From the NCBI GenBank assembly GCA_051867595.1, contig JBJDYS010000001.1:18784-82783 (forward strand): 64,000 nucleotides of DNA. Direction: 5' to 3'. Made by a program: the position numbers and the translations under genes. Below the pieces are notes generated by a model. It did not search any database and was not told where the DNA came from. It saw only the letters and a list, made by a program, of their open reading frames with translations. This DNA comes from Oscillospiraceae bacterium. GTDB taxonomy: Bacteria; Bacillota; Clostridia; Oscillospirales; Oscillospiraceae. This document shows, piece after piece, positions 9,262 to 18,897 of this stretch. Positions within the stretch are counted from its first letter, which is position 1, and every line of letters starts with the position of its first letter.

Positions 9262-10124
9262 GTCAGCGTCCCCGCCCTGTAATGCCGGATGCCGTGCCAG
9301 TTCTCCACGGTCACATACCGGCTGAACGCCCCGGCCTCCAGCAGCATACGCCCGTTCGGACGGCGCCGGACATCCTCCATATCCGCCGCATGGATCGTCG
9401 CGAGCAGATACACGCCGCAGCCGACCGCGTGCAGGAGCGCCTGTGCATCCGCCGGATCCGTGATCTCATCCATGGCAATCACCGCCGGGTTCATGGCCCG
9501 CAGCAGCATTCCCGCCGCCAGAGCCTTGGGCGCACCGGTCATCACATCCGTATGCGGCCCCAGGTCAAACCGGCCGTCTCCCCCGATCTCGCTGCGCTCA
9601 TCCGCGACCGACACGACATACCCGCTCTCCGACAGACGCCGGATAATCTCCCGCAGAAGGGTCGTTTTGCCTCCGCCCGGCGGAGCCAGAATCAGAAGGG
9701 AGGAAAAACCGCCCGCCGTGATCCCGTTCCATATACCGTCCGCGCAGCCGGTCACAGCCCGCGGGATACGCAGGGACAGCGACGAGATCGCACGCAGGCC
9801 CGTCGTATCCGTTCCGCTCATGACCGCCGTGCCGCAGACGCCGACACGCACGCCGCCCGGCGCCGTGATATACCCCCGGCTGAGAGCGCTCTGCGCCGCA
9901 TGAAAGGATGACCTCGTCGCCGTTTCCAGCACGGCGCGCAGCTCGGCCTCCGTCACCGGCGCGTCCCCGAGGGCACGTTCCCGGCCCTCCAGCCGGGCCA
10001 TGAGCGGATAGCCGCACCGCAGGCGCAGCTCCTCACAGCGGGCTTTCTCCGGCCCGGAAAGGCAATCCGCCGCCCGACGCATCGTTCCCGGCAGCAGCGC
10101 AGCCGCCGCCTCCCATTCCGACAT
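9258..10124 (-). CDS. spoIIIAA: Stage III sporulation protein AA (AAA+/secretion-type ATPase)
   Basis: Walker A LLILAPPGGGKTTLLREI and Walker B-like VIAMDEI. The ATG at 10124 is preceded by GGGGGTGA. The longer track ORF (to 10187) lacks an SD. Confidence 0.9.
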   Translation of the reverse strand: MSEWEAAAALLPGTMRRAADCLSGPEKARCEELRLRCGYPLMARLEGRERALGDAPVTEAELRAVLETATRSSFHAAQSALSRGYITAPGGVRVGVCGTAVMSGTDTTGLRAISSLSLRIPRAVTGCADGIWNGITAGGFSSLLILAPPGGGKTTLLREIIRRLSESGYVVSVADERSEIGGDGRFDLGPHTDVMTGAPKALAAGMLLRAMNPAVIAMDEITDPADAQALLHAVGCGVYLLATIHAADMEDVRRRPNGRMLLEAGAFSRYVTVENWHGIRHYRAGTLT

Positions 10125-10144
10125 CCCATCACCCCCACGGGACA

Positions 10145-10173
10145 AGTCTATGGCCCGTCCCGCTCCGATATGC
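10145..10173 (-). promoter_or_regulatory. Candidate sigma-E-type promoter for spoIIIA
   Basis: Minus strand: GCATATC-N14-CATAGACT, compared with my remembered sigma-E consensus (ATATT ... CATACA-T). It sits very close to the SD, so confidence is low. Confidence 0.3.
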
Positions 10174-10208
10174 CTGCACCGCCGCATTTGACCGGACTTG
10201 TCTTTCGA

Positions 10209-10237
10209 TTGACATTAATTATTAAATGGTGTAATAT
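10209..10237 (+). promoter_or_regulatory. Sigma-A-type promoter for the ABC exporter operon
   Basis: TTGACA-17 nt-TAATAT in the AT-rich divergent intergenic region. Confidence 0.45.
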
Positions 10238-10352
10238 ACCATAGATTTGGCATACATGGCAGAATTTACAAATTGTTCTTATCTGCCCGCACAACATCCG
10301 ATATAATTATTCTGTATATTTGAAAGCATTGTTAAAGGAGCTGCATTTACCC

Positions 10353-12098
10353 ATGGGAAAGATCCTCACCAGGTACTGGGGAAAGTATAAAAAATCCCTG
10401 TTCCTGACGCCTATTTTCGTCCTTTTGGAGTCGCTGGTCACGCTGGCGCTCCCCACGCTCATGTCGAACATCGTGGACATCGGCGTGGCCTCCGGAGACC
10501 GGAGCTACATCATCCGCTGCGGTCTTTTCATGACCCTGCTCGCCATCATCAGCATGATTTCGGGCTTCATCAGCACATGGCACGCCTCCCGTGCCGCGAA
10601 CGGCTTCGGCTCGAACCTGCGCGTCGCCATGTTCCACCACATTCAGGAATTCTCCTTCGGCGACATCGACCGTTTCTCGACCGCCAGCCTCGTGACGCGC
10701 ACCACGAGCGACGTGCGTCAGCTTCAGAACTCCGTGCAGATGATGATGCGTACATTTATTCAGGCCCCGTTCCAGCTCATCGTCGCGGTCATCATCGTTA
10801 TGACGTACAGCTGGAAGCTCGCGCTCATCTACCTCATCGCGGTTCCCGTTCTCTTCATCGGCGTCATCAGCATGATGCGTATGGTTGACCGGCTCTTTGA
10901 GCTTGTCCAGAAAAAGCTCGACGCCATGAACGCCGATATTCAGGAGAACCTCATCGCCATCCGCGTTGTCAAGGCGTTTGTCCGCCAGCATCATGAACGC
11001 GAGAAATTCCGCAAGACCAACGATGAGCTCACCCACGCAAACCTGCGCGCCGTCGGCGTCATCATCGCCCTCAACCCCCTCGCAACGATCGTCCTGAACG
11101 CGGTCACGCTGTGCCTGTACTGGTTCGGCGGCAAAATGGTCGCCACCGGCGAGATCCAGTCCGGCCAGCTTCTCGCGGTCGTCAGCTATCTGACGCAGAT
11201 CATGATGAGCGTCATGATGTTCTCCATGGTTCTCATGCAGTACACCCGCAGCCTTGCCTGCGGCAAACGTATTGCCGAGGTTCTCGACACCGTACCCGAC
11301 ATCCGCTCCAAGCCTGACGCTCCTGAGCACATCATTGCACAGGATCACGGCTCCGTAATCTTTGAAAACGTCAGCTTCCGCTATGCGAAAACCGGCACCG
11401 GTGAGGAGGTTCTCAAAAACCTCTCCTTCTCCGCACAGCCCGGCGAGACCATCGCCATTGTCGGCGGAACCGGTTCGGGCAAGTCAAGCCTTGTGAACCT
11501 CATTCCCCGCTTCTATGACGCTTCGGAGGGCCGCATTCTCGTTGACGGAACCGATGTGCGCGATTACCGCATCGAAGATCTGCGGGACGGCATCGGCATG
11601 GTTCTGCAGAACAACGTCCTCTTCACCGGCACCATCCGCGACAACCTCCTCTGGGGCAAGGCGGACGCCACCGACGAGGAGATCATCGCCGCGCTGAAAA
11701 ACGCGCAGGCCTGGGACTTCGTCTCCGAGATGCCCGACGGCCTCGACACCTTCATCCAGCAGGGCGGCACGAACGTGTCCGGCGGTCAGAAGCAGCGCCT
11801 GTGCATCGCACGGGCCATGCTCAAGCACCCCGCCATTCTCATTCTTGACGACAGCACCAGCGCCGTGGACTCGGACACCGAGGGCCGCATCCGCGAAAGC
11901 TTCCATCGCGAGCTGAAGGACACGACCGTGTTCATCATCGCCCAGCGCATCTCCTCCGTCGTGACCGCCGATAAGATCATCGTTCTGGACAACGGCTGCA
12001 TCGAGAGCATCGGAACGCATGACGAGCTGATGCAGTCGAGCCCCATCTATCGGGACATCTACACTTCGCAGGTAAAGGAGGCGCTGTCCAATGGCTGA
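10353..12098 (+). CDS. ABC transporter ATP-binding/permease (exporter half-transporter, subunit 1)
   Basis: Six-TM ABC exporter fold plus NBD: Walker A GGTGSGKSS, signature VSGGQKQR, Walker B ILILDDSTSAVD. The ATG at 10353 follows AAGGAG. Confidence 0.9.
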   Translation: MGKILTRYWGKYKKSLFLTPIFVLLESLVTLALPTLMSNIVDIGVASGDRSYIIRCGLFMTLLAIISMISGFISTWHASRAANGFGSNLRVAMFHHIQEFSFGDIDRFSTASLVTRTTSDVRQLQNSVQMMMRTFIQAPFQLIVAVIIVMTYSWKLALIYLIAVPVLFIGVISMMRMVDRLFELVQKKLDAMNADIQENLIAIRVVKAFVRQHHEREKFRKTNDELTHANLRAVGVIIALNPLATIVLNAVTLCLYWFGGKMVATGEIQSGQLLAVVSYLTQIMMSVMMFSMVLMQYTRSLACGKRIAEVLDTVPDIRSKPDAPEHIIAQDHGSVIFENVSFRYAKTGTGEEVLKNLSFSAQPGETIAIVGGTGSGKSSLVNLIPRFYDASEGRILVDGTDVRDYRIEDLRDGIGMVLQNNVLFTGTIRDNLLWGKADATDEEIIAALKNAQAWDFVSEMPDGLDTFIQQGGTNVSGGQKQRLCIARAMLKHPAILILDDSTSAVDSDTEGRIRESFHRELKDTTVFIIAQRISSVVTADKIIVLDNGCIESIGTHDELMQSSPIYRDIYTSQVKEALSNG

Positions 12099-14085
12099 AA
12101 AACGCAAATCCATCCTGCAGCAGCTCAAAGAGCGTATCGCAGTCGACAGCGTTGACACGAACGACGCGCGCATCTACAAAAACGTCACCGGCGGCCCCGG
12201 TCCCGGCGGCGGACGTGATTTCCGCAGGCCCAAGGACACAAAGGGCACGCTTCTCCGCATCCTCGGCTATGCCGGCAAGAAAAAAGGCCTGTTTGTTCTG
12301 ATCCTTGTTCTGATGCTGGCCTCCACCGGCTGTTCCCTCGTCGCGAGCTATTACCTCAAGCCGCTCATCGACGACTACATCGTTCCGCTCATCACGCAGC
12401 CGGAGAAGGATTACTCCGCGCTCGCGATCCAGCTTCTCATCCTCGCCGGTATTTATCTCGCCAGCGCGGTGGCGACCTACTTCACCTCCCGCGCCTGCAT
12501 GACGCTGGCACAGTGGTCCACGAACGCCCTGCGTCGGGATCTCTTCTCGGCGCTGCAGGATCTGCCCATCACCTACTACGACCAGCATACACACGGCGAG
12601 CTTATGAGCCGCTTCACAAACGACGCCGATAACGTGCAGATGGCGCTGGAGCAGGGTCTTGTGCAGTTCATCTCCGGCATCATCACCTTCGTCGGCACGA
12701 TCGTGCTGATGATCCTCCTGAGCTGGAAGCTCTTCATCATCACCTTCATCACGATCGCCCTTTCCCTCATCCTGGTGAAGGGCGTCGGCAAGTACTCCAA
12801 GATCCTCTTCAAAAAGCAGCAGGCCGCCCTCGGCATCATGAACGGCAATATCGAGGAGATGCTGGACGGCCTCAAGGTCGTCAAGGCCTTCAACTACGAA
12901 GAGCGCGCCAAGGAGACCTTCGGCAGCCTGAACGACGAGTACCGCGAGAATTCGATCTACGCGATGTTCCTCGGCTCCGCCATCTTCCCCACGATGAACG
13001 CCATCATGAATATCTGCTACGCCGTGACGGCGGTTCTCGGCGGCTTCATGACCTTCGCCGGAAGCTTCTCCATCGGCAGTCTCGGCGTGTATCTGAACTA
13101 TATCCGTCAGGTCACGATGCCCATCAACATGATCTCGAACCAGGCCATCAACCTCTTCTCCGCCATCGCCGGCGCGGAGCGCATCTTCGCCGTCATCGAC
13201 CACGAGCCGGAGTCGGATGAAGGCACCGTTGCCCTCGTCACCGTGAACCGTGCGGACGACGGCACGTTCACCGAGACAGAAAAGGGCGAGCGCACCGGCT
13301 TCTGGGCCTGGAAGATCCCGCAGGAGGACGGCTCGTATGAGTTCCGCGAGGTGCAGGGCAACGTCCGGCTCGAGGATGTTTATTTCTCCTACGTTCCGGA
13401 AAAGCCCGTTCTGAAAGACGTCACCGTCTGGGCAAAGCCCGGCGAGAAGATCGCCTTTGTCGGCTCCACCGGCGCGGGCAAAACCACGATCACAAACCTC
13501 ATCAACCGCTTCTATGAGATCGACAGCGGCCGCATCCTCTTTGACGGCATCGACATAAAGGACATCAAAAAGTCCGCGCTGCGCCGCAGTCTCGGTATGG
13601 TTCTGCAGGACACGAACCTCTTCACCGGCACCGTCATGGACAACATCCGCTACGGCAAGCTCGACGCGACGGATGAGGAGTGCATCGCCGCCGCCAAGGC
13701 CGCCAACGCCCACGGCTTCATCACCCGTCTGCCCGACGGCTACAACACCATGATCACCGGAAACGGACAGAACCTCTCCCAGGGCCAGCGTCAGCTGCTC
13801 GCCATCGCACGCACCGCGGTCGCCCGTCACCCGGTCATGATCCTCGACGAGGCCACAAGCTCCATTGATACCCGCACCGAAAAGCTCATCGACAGGGGCA
13901 TGGACACCCTCATGGAGGGCCGCACGGTCTTTGTCATCGCGCATCGTCTCTCCACGGTACGCAACGCCAACGCGATCGTCGTCATCGAGCACGGCGAGAT
14001 CGTCGAACGCGGCAGCCATGACGAGCTGCTCGAGCAGCAGGGCCGCTACTATATGCTCTATACCGGCCAGAGCGAGCTGGATTAA
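12091..14085 (+). CDS. ABC transporter ATP-binding/permease (exporter half-transporter, subunit 2)
   Basis: Walker A GSTGAGKTT, signature LSQGQRQL, Walker B VMILDEATSSID. 8-nt overlap with the upstream paralog suggests a heterodimeric pair. Confidence 0.9.
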   Translation: MAEKRKSILQQLKERIAVDSVDTNDARIYKNVTGGPGPGGGRDFRRPKDTKGTLLRILGYAGKKKGLFVLILVLMLASTGCSLVASYYLKPLIDDYIVPLITQPEKDYSALAIQLLILAGIYLASAVATYFTSRACMTLAQWSTNALRRDLFSALQDLPITYYDQHTHGELMSRFTNDADNVQMALEQGLVQFISGIITFVGTIVLMILLSWKLFIITFITIALSLILVKGVGKYSKILFKKQQAALGIMNGNIEEMLDGLKVVKAFNYEERAKETFGSLNDEYRENSIYAMFLGSAIFPTMNAIMNICYAVTAVLGGFMTFAGSFSIGSLGVYLNYIRQVTMPINMISNQAINLFSAIAGAERIFAVIDHEPESDEGTVALVTVNRADDGTFTETEKGERTGFWAWKIPQEDGSYEFREVQGNVRLEDVYFSYVPEKPVLKDVTVWAKPGEKIAFVGSTGAGKTTITNLINRFYEIDSGRILFDGIDIKDIKKSALRRSLGMVLQDTNLFTGTVMDNIRYGKLDATDEECIAAAKAANAHGFITRLPDGYNTMITGNGQNLSQGQRQLLAIARTAVARHPVMILDEATSSIDTRTEKLIDRGMDTLMEGRTVFVIAHRLSTVRNANAIVVIEHGEIVERGSHDELLEQQGRYYMLYTGQSELD

Positions 14086-14106
14086 GAAAAGAGGACGAAC
14101 GTCAAC

Positions 14107-14703
14107 ATGGAAAACGTATTGGTCGTAAAAACCGCCTCCCTCGGGGACATCGTGGCTGAAAACGGTCTGATCACCGGCCGCGAACAGGAGGTTCTGGAGC
14201 TCATCGCCTCGGAAGGGCTGTTTCTGGCCCGTCCGACGGCGGAGGAAAGCCCGGAATACAAGCAGATCATCCCCTATGTCGCCATTGTGCGCGGCGGCGA
14301 GGTATTTGCCACGCGCCGTCTCAACAAGGGCGGCGAGGCGCGCCTCCACGGCCTGATGAGCCTCGGCGTCGGCGGTCACATCAACGAGATCGATGAGGCT
14401 GGCGGCGACTGGCTCATGAACTGCCTGCGCCGCGAGATCGAGGAAGAGGTCGACATCGAGGATTTCGGTACGCTGACCCTGCGCGGCCTCATAAACGACA
14501 ACGCTAACGACGTCGGCAGCGTCCACCTCGGCTTCTTCTTCACGCTGACCACCACAGGCAGCGTTTCCGTGCGCGAGACCGAAAAGCTCAAAGGCGGCTT
14601 TACGCCCCTTGCCTCCCTGTCGGAGGAAGCGGAGGGCATGGAGACCTGGAGCCAGATCATCACCCCGGAGCTTATACGCCTATGGACAGCTGGGAAACTT
14701 TAA
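14107..14703 (+). CDS. Nudix-fold hydrolase-like protein (degenerate Nudix box)
   Basis: [29 protein letters not shown] resembles a Nudix box with an insertion. The AGAGGA SD supports it as a real gene, but the family assignment is tentative. Confidence 0.5.
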   Translation: MENVLVVKTASLGDIVAENGLITGREQEVLELIASEGLFLARPTAEESPEYKQIIPYVAIVRGGEVFATRRLNKGGEARLHGLMSLGVGGHINEIDEAGGDWLMNCLRREIEEEVDIEDFGTLTLRGLINDNANDVGSVHLGFFFTLTTTGSVSVRETEKLKGGFTPLASLSEEAEGMETWSQIITPELIRLWTAGKL

Positions 14704-15236
14704 AGCGCGAGTGCGCCGGCTGCGGGCGCTGTGAGCTGGGACGCACGCGCACGAACCTCGTCTTTGGCGTCGGAAACGAGAACGCCGACGTCATGTTCAT
14801 CGGCGAAGGCCCCGGCGAGCAGGAGGATTTGAAGGGCGAGCCCTTTGTCGGCCCGGCCGGACAGCTGCTCGATACCATGATGGAAATCATCGGCCTCGAC
14901 CGGACAAAGGTCTATATCGCGAACATCGTCAAGTGCCGTCCGCCCCGTAACCGCGATCCCCTGCCCAACGAGCAGGACGCCTGCATCGGCTGGCTCCACC
15001 GCCAGATCGAGCTTGTCAACCCGAAGCTTCTTGTTTTCCTCGGGCGCATCGCCGCGCAGGTATTCATCAAGCCCGATTTCCGCATCACCCGCGAGCACGG
15101 CCAGTGGTTTGAGGCCGCCGGCCGTCCGTGCATGGCGCTTTACCACCCGTCCGCACTGCTGCGCGATCCGTCGAAACGCCCGGAAACCTTTGTTGATCTA
15201 AAGCATTTACAGCAGGAGATTCAAAAACTGTCATGA
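14682..15236 (+). CDS. udg: Uracil-DNA glycosylase, family 4
   Basis: CxxCxxC N-terminus (CAGCGRCEL) and motif [24 protein letters not shown], hallmarks of family-4 UDG. Confidence 0.9.
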   Translation: MDSWETLKRECAGCGRCELGRTRTNLVFGVGNENADVMFIGEGPGEQEDLKGEPFVGPAGQLLDTMMEIIGLDRTKVYIANIVKCRPPRNRDPLPNEQDACIGWLHRQIELVNPKLLVFLGRIAAQVFIKPDFRITREHGQWFEAAGRPCMALYHPSALLRDPSKRPETFVDLKHLQQEIQKLS

Positions 15237-16138
15237 TCGAATTACACCCCGTATCGCTCGGGGATAAAGCCTGGATCGACCCCCTCGTTTGGGCCGAAGG
15301 CTCCTCGAGCGCGGACTTCAACTTCGGAAACATCTTCCTCTGGGATAAATCCTTCCATCAGCTTGTCGGACGGCTGAACGATCGCGTGATTGTTCTTCCC
15401 TGCTACGACGAAGCCCCGTTTTTCGCCTGGCCCGTCGGCACCGGCGATCTAGCCCCCGTTCTCGCGGAAATGGAGGCCTATGCCAGGGCGCACGGCTTCC
15501 CGTTCACGCTCCGCGGCGTGACAAAGGAACATCTTCCGCTGCTTCCGGAGCTGTTTGCGGGCCGAAACTATTCCATCGAGACCGAGCGCCCGCTCTGGGA
15601 CTACATTTACAGCGCCGAAAAGCTTGATACCCTCTCAGGCAAAAAGCTCCACGGCAAGCGCAACCACATAAACCGCTTCGAGGCGGAAAACAACTGGACC
15701 TTTGCGCCGCTCACGACGGCGGATTTTCCGGACTGCATGGCGCTGCTCGACAGGTGGAACGCCGCCAATCCCGAGGACAACGACATCGGCGCCAGCGACG
15801 AGTATATGGCGATCTGCCGTGCCTTTGAGCATTACGACGCGCTCGGCCTTTCGGGCGGCATCCTCCGCATTGACGGAAAACCCGCCGCCTTCACGCTGGG
15901 CGAGCCCGTCTGCGAGCACACCTTTGTCGTTCACTTTGAAAAGGCCTATGCCGACATAAACGGCGCATACACCATGGTGAACCGCGAATTTGTGCGCTAT
16001 ATCCGCAAAAAATATCCTTCGATCCTGTGGATCAACCGGGAGGACGACATGGGCCACGAATCCCTGCGTCAGGCCAAGGAAAGCTACCGCCCGGATCACA
16101 TGGTGGAAAAATATACGGTGCTTATTCAAGATGATTGA
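15233..16138 (+). CDS. DUF2156-like protein (GNAT-fold, related to the C-terminal domain of lysyl-PG synthase)
   Basis: Recognised from memory by the N-terminus ...DKAWIDPLV...SSADFNFGNIFLWDKSF and a length near 300 aa. ATGA overlap with udg. Confidence 0.65.
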   Translation: MIELHPVSLGDKAWIDPLVWAEGSSSADFNFGNIFLWDKSFHQLVGRLNDRVIVLPCYDEAPFFAWPVGTGDLAPVLAEMEAYARAHGFPFTLRGVTKEHLPLLPELFAGRNYSIETERPLWDYIYSAEKLDTLSGKKLHGKRNHINRFEAENNWTFAPLTTADFPDCMALLDRWNAANPEDNDIGASDEYMAICRAFEHYDALGLSGGILRIDGKPAAFTLGEPVCEHTFVVHFEKAYADINGAYTMVNREFVRYIRKKYPSILWINREDDMGHESLRQAKESYRPDHMVEKYTVLIQDD

Positions 16139-16976
16139 TGATCGGATCCGTTCCTGGAAAAAGGAGGACAGGCCGCAGCTCCGGGCGCTCTGGAAGCTCG
16201 CCTTCGGCGACAGCGACGAGTATATCGACTGCTTTTTTAAAAAATTTCTCCGTAAGGACGCCTGCGTCGTCGCGGAGGCGGACGGAAAGGTCGTCTCGGC
16301 CATGTATATTCTGCCCGGCGGGACATTCAATCCGTACCGCGAGAACCGCCTGACCGCCGGCTATACCTACGCGCTTGCCACGCTGCCGGAATACCGCGGT
16401 CAGGGCATCGGCCGCGCGGTATACCGGGCCGCCAGCGACAGGGCGCTCGAAACCGCGGACGCCGCCGCCGTTCTCCCCGCCGAGAGAAGCCTCTACCCTT
16501 TCTATGAAAACGCCTCCGGCGCAAAGCCTTTGAGCTATGTGCGCGAGGCACGTCTGACACGGGATACGTTGTCCGGGACAGCGCCCTGCGATGCAGTCCC
16601 CGTACCCGCCCTCCGGTACGCCGGTATGCGCGAGGAGCTTCTCGGCCGTATGCCCCACGTCACCTTCCCGATGGAATTTTTCGATCTCATGGAAGTGACC
16701 GGCATGGAGTTTTTCGTCCTCGCAAACAGTCTGGCCGCCGTGGAAACGGACGACGGCGGCGTGTGCCATATCCGCGAGCTGCTTGCCCCCGGCGAGGACG
16801 TACTGCGTTCGGTCGCCGGTATTTCCCGCAAATGTCCCGCCGGGGAATACATCGTCCGCACGCCGCTGTTTTTTGACGGCCCCGGCGAGAGCCGTCCCTA
16901 TGTGCTGGCCGCCATGAACCGCACGCTCTCTTATCCCATGCCGAACGACCTCTGGTGGGGATTTGGACTGGAATGA
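16131..16976 (+). CDS. GNAT-family N-acetyltransferase
   Basis: MIDDRIRSWKKEDRPQLRALWKLAFGD... and the acetyl-CoA motif LPEYRGQGIGRAVY. The start at 16131 overlaps the previous stop by 8 nt. Confidence 0.7.
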   Translation: MIDDRIRSWKKEDRPQLRALWKLAFGDSDEYIDCFFKKFLRKDACVVAEADGKVVSAMYILPGGTFNPYRENRLTAGYTYALATLPEYRGQGIGRAVYRAASDRALETADAAAVLPAERSLYPFYENASGAKPLSYVREARLTRDTLSGTAPCDAVPVPALRYAGMREELLGRMPHVTFPMEFFDLMEVTGMEFFVLANSLAAVETDDGGVCHIRELLAPGEDVLRSVAGISRKCPAGEYIVRTPLFFDGPGESRPYVLAAMNRTLSYPMPNDLWWGFGLE

Positions 16977-17004
16977 ACGCAAAATTTTTGCGAATTTAAT
17001 AGTT

Positions 17005-17034
17005 TTGAAACATTCTTGCACTTTCTTTTGTAAT
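17005..17034 (+). promoter_or_regulatory. Possible sigma-A promoter in the AT-rich spacer
   Basis: TTGAAA-18 nt-TGTAAT; a weak call. Confidence 0.25.
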
Positions 17035-17104
17035 ACTCGGCCGTTAAAATAATACTTGCAAGAGACAGTTTCATCTTTTTCATTTTGTCCTCAATCCATA
17101 AGAA

Positions 17105-17145
17105 ATCACCGGAGCGATGTCGCAACGCTCCGGTGATCTCTTTTT
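17105..17145 (+). terminator. Strong intrinsic terminator 18 nt upstream of the next start codon
   Basis: atcaccggagcg-atgtcgcaa-cgctccggtgat (12-bp perfect stem) followed by ctcttttt. Confidence 0.6.
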
Positions 17146-17162
17146 ATAGGAAGGAGTTTTTT

Positions 17163-18881
17163 ATGAAATTCAGAATCCTCCCCGCTCTGCTTTGCATGAC
17201 GCTGTGCTTTTTGCTCCTGCCCGGCTGCGCCTCGGGTGCGGCCGCACAAACGGCTCCTGCCGCTGACGAGACCGTACTCGCATTTTCCGGCAAGAGCCTC
17301 CAGATTGCCGGCTCCGGTGCGTCAATCGACGATGACGGCGCGGTATCCATCGACGCCGGCGGAATCTATCGCATCACCGGCACCTCCGGGAACGCCCGCA
17401 TTGAGGTCTCCGCGAACAACGATCTTGTCACGCTGATTCTCGACGGCTGCGACCTCACCTATGAGGACGACGAGGTGATCTATATCAAGTCCGCCGGATC
17501 AGCGGTCGTGGAGCTGGCAGACGGCACGGAAAACGTGCTGACAAGCGGCGTGGAGATCCTGCCTCTGGCGGACGAAACCGCCTCCGGCGCAGCGCTCCGG
17601 GCCAAATGTCCGCTGACGATCCGCGGCAGCGGCTCGCTGACGGTCAACGGTTTTCTGAATAACGGCATCGCCTCCAATGACGACATCACCGTCGAGAGCG
17701 GGCGCATAGCCGTCGCCGCCTCCAACGACGGCATCAAGAGCAAGACGGATATTTCGATCGGCGGCGGCACGATTGACATCACCGCCTCGCAGGACGCCGT
17801 GCAGGCCGACGGAGGCCTGACCGTCACCGGCGGTGAGCTGAACATCGTCTCCGGCGGCGGCGCAAACGAGACGGCCATGAAAACCAGCGATTCCGCCATG
17901 ATGGGCGGCCCCCGCCGCGACCCCTCCTCCGAGCAGACGACCGAAACCGCCTCCGATGATATGGGCGATTCCTGGGATTTTGACACCACCGACAGCGGCA
18001 GTCAGAAGGGACTTAAGTCCGAAACCGGCATCGTGATCGCGGGCGGCAGCATCACCCTCAACACCGCAGACGACGCCGTTCACAGCGGCGGCGATATTTC
18101 GATTTCGGACGGCACCCTCCTTATCCGCGCCGGGGATGACGGCATCCACAGCGACACCGCGCTCACCATCGACGGTGGCAGCATTGATATTCAGCTGGCC
18201 TACGAGGGTCTCGAAGCGCCCTCCATCATCCAGAACGCCGGGTATGTCAGCATCGTCGCCAAGGACGACGGTCTGAACGCAAACGGCGGCGGTATGTTCC
18301 CCTTCCCCTCCGGCGAAGCCTCCGGGGAAACGGACAGCAGCGATATGCCCCTGCTCCGCGTCACCGGCGGTACGCTGATCGTGGATTCCGGCGGCGACGG
18401 TCTCGACTCCAACGGCAATCTTTATGTCGAGGGCGGCCTTGTCTATGTCAGCGGCCCGTCCACCAACTGGGACGCGGCGCTTGATTCCGGCGAGCGCGGT
18501 GAGCTCATCTTCTCCGGCGGCACGGTGATGGCGGCGGGCTATTCCGGCATGATGGAATCGCCCGAGGCGGCCGATAACGCCCAGCCCGCCATCTACTACA
18601 CGCAGTCGGAATACTGCCCGGACGGCACATCGGTCACGCTCACGGATGCCGACGGCAATCTGATCTGCGAATACGCCTTTGCCCACAGCTTCAACTGCGT
18701 CGTCATCACCTCCCCGGATATTCAGGTCGGTCAGACCTATACACTCACGATGGGCGATAACATCGTTTCGATCGAAATGACGGACACGATCACCTCGAAC
18801 CGTATGCGCGGCGGCCCCGGCGGAAGCGGTGAACCCGGCGCAAGCCGTGAGCCCAGCGCAGAACCGAATACGCAGGCATAA
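17163..18881 (+). CDS. Secreted lipoprotein, Cthe_2159-like carbohydrate-binding beta-helix family
   Basis: Lipobox LLLPGC|A after MKFRILPALLCMTLCF. Repeated D-x-G-[IL]-x-S turns (NDGIKSK, QDAVQADG, DDAVHSGG, DDGIHSD, DDGLNANG, GDGLDSNG) match my memory of PF14262. The ATG at 17163 follows AGGAAGGAG. Confidence 0.7.
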   Translation: MKFRILPALLCMTLCFLLLPGCASGAAAQTAPAADETVLAFSGKSLQIAGSGASIDDDGAVSIDAGGIYRITGTSGNARIEVSANNDLVTLILDGCDLTYEDDEVIYIKSAGSAVVELADGTENVLTSGVEILPLADETASGAALRAKCPLTIRGSGSLTVNGFLNNGIASNDDITVESGRIAVAASNDGIKSKTDISIGGGTIDITASQDAVQADGGLTVTGGELNIVSGGGANETAMKTSDSAMMGGPRRDPSSEQTTETASDDMGDSWDFDTTDSGSQKGLKSETGIVIAGGSITLNTADDAVHSGGDISISDGTLLIRAGDDGIHSDTALTIDGGSIDIQLAYEGLEAPSIIQNAGYVSIVAKDDGLNANGGGMFPFPSGEASGETDSSDMPLLRVTGGTLIVDSGGDGLDSNGNLYVEGGLVYVSGPSTNWDAALDSGERGELIFSGGTVMAAGYSGMMESPEAADNAQPAIYYTQSEYCPDGTSVTLTDADGNLICEYAFAHSFNCVVITSPDIQVGQTYTLTMGDNIVSIEMTDTITSNRMRGGPGGSGEPGASREPSAEPNTQA

Positions 18882-18897
18882 CGCAAGGAGGTCGGCT

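Noticed and set aside
11977-14526. Very long antisense ORFs. Examples: 11977..14526(-) 849 aa, 42246..44756(-) 836 aa, 50549..53068(-) 839 aa, 25241..27583(+) 780 aa, 35209..36867(-), 37588..39213(-), 17499..19010(-), 45760..47067(-), 47151..48536(-), 53105..54598(-).
   Set aside because: Each lies opposite a gene with unmistakable family motifs (ABC NBDs, pyrG/glmS, malic enzyme, the GTPase and others). Their translations are Arg/Gly/Ala/Asp/His-rich with no motifs, signal peptides or SDs. This is the classic stop-codon-poor antisense frame of a high-GC3 genome.
16931-17125. 64-aa minus-strand ORF (…MKKMKLSLASIILTAEYYKRKCKN…) in the AT-rich spacer before the Cthe_2159-like gene.
   Set aside because: It would terminate inside the GNAT gene and includes part of the terminator hairpin. 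It has no SD, and its Lys-rich composition simply reflects the AT-rich DNA.
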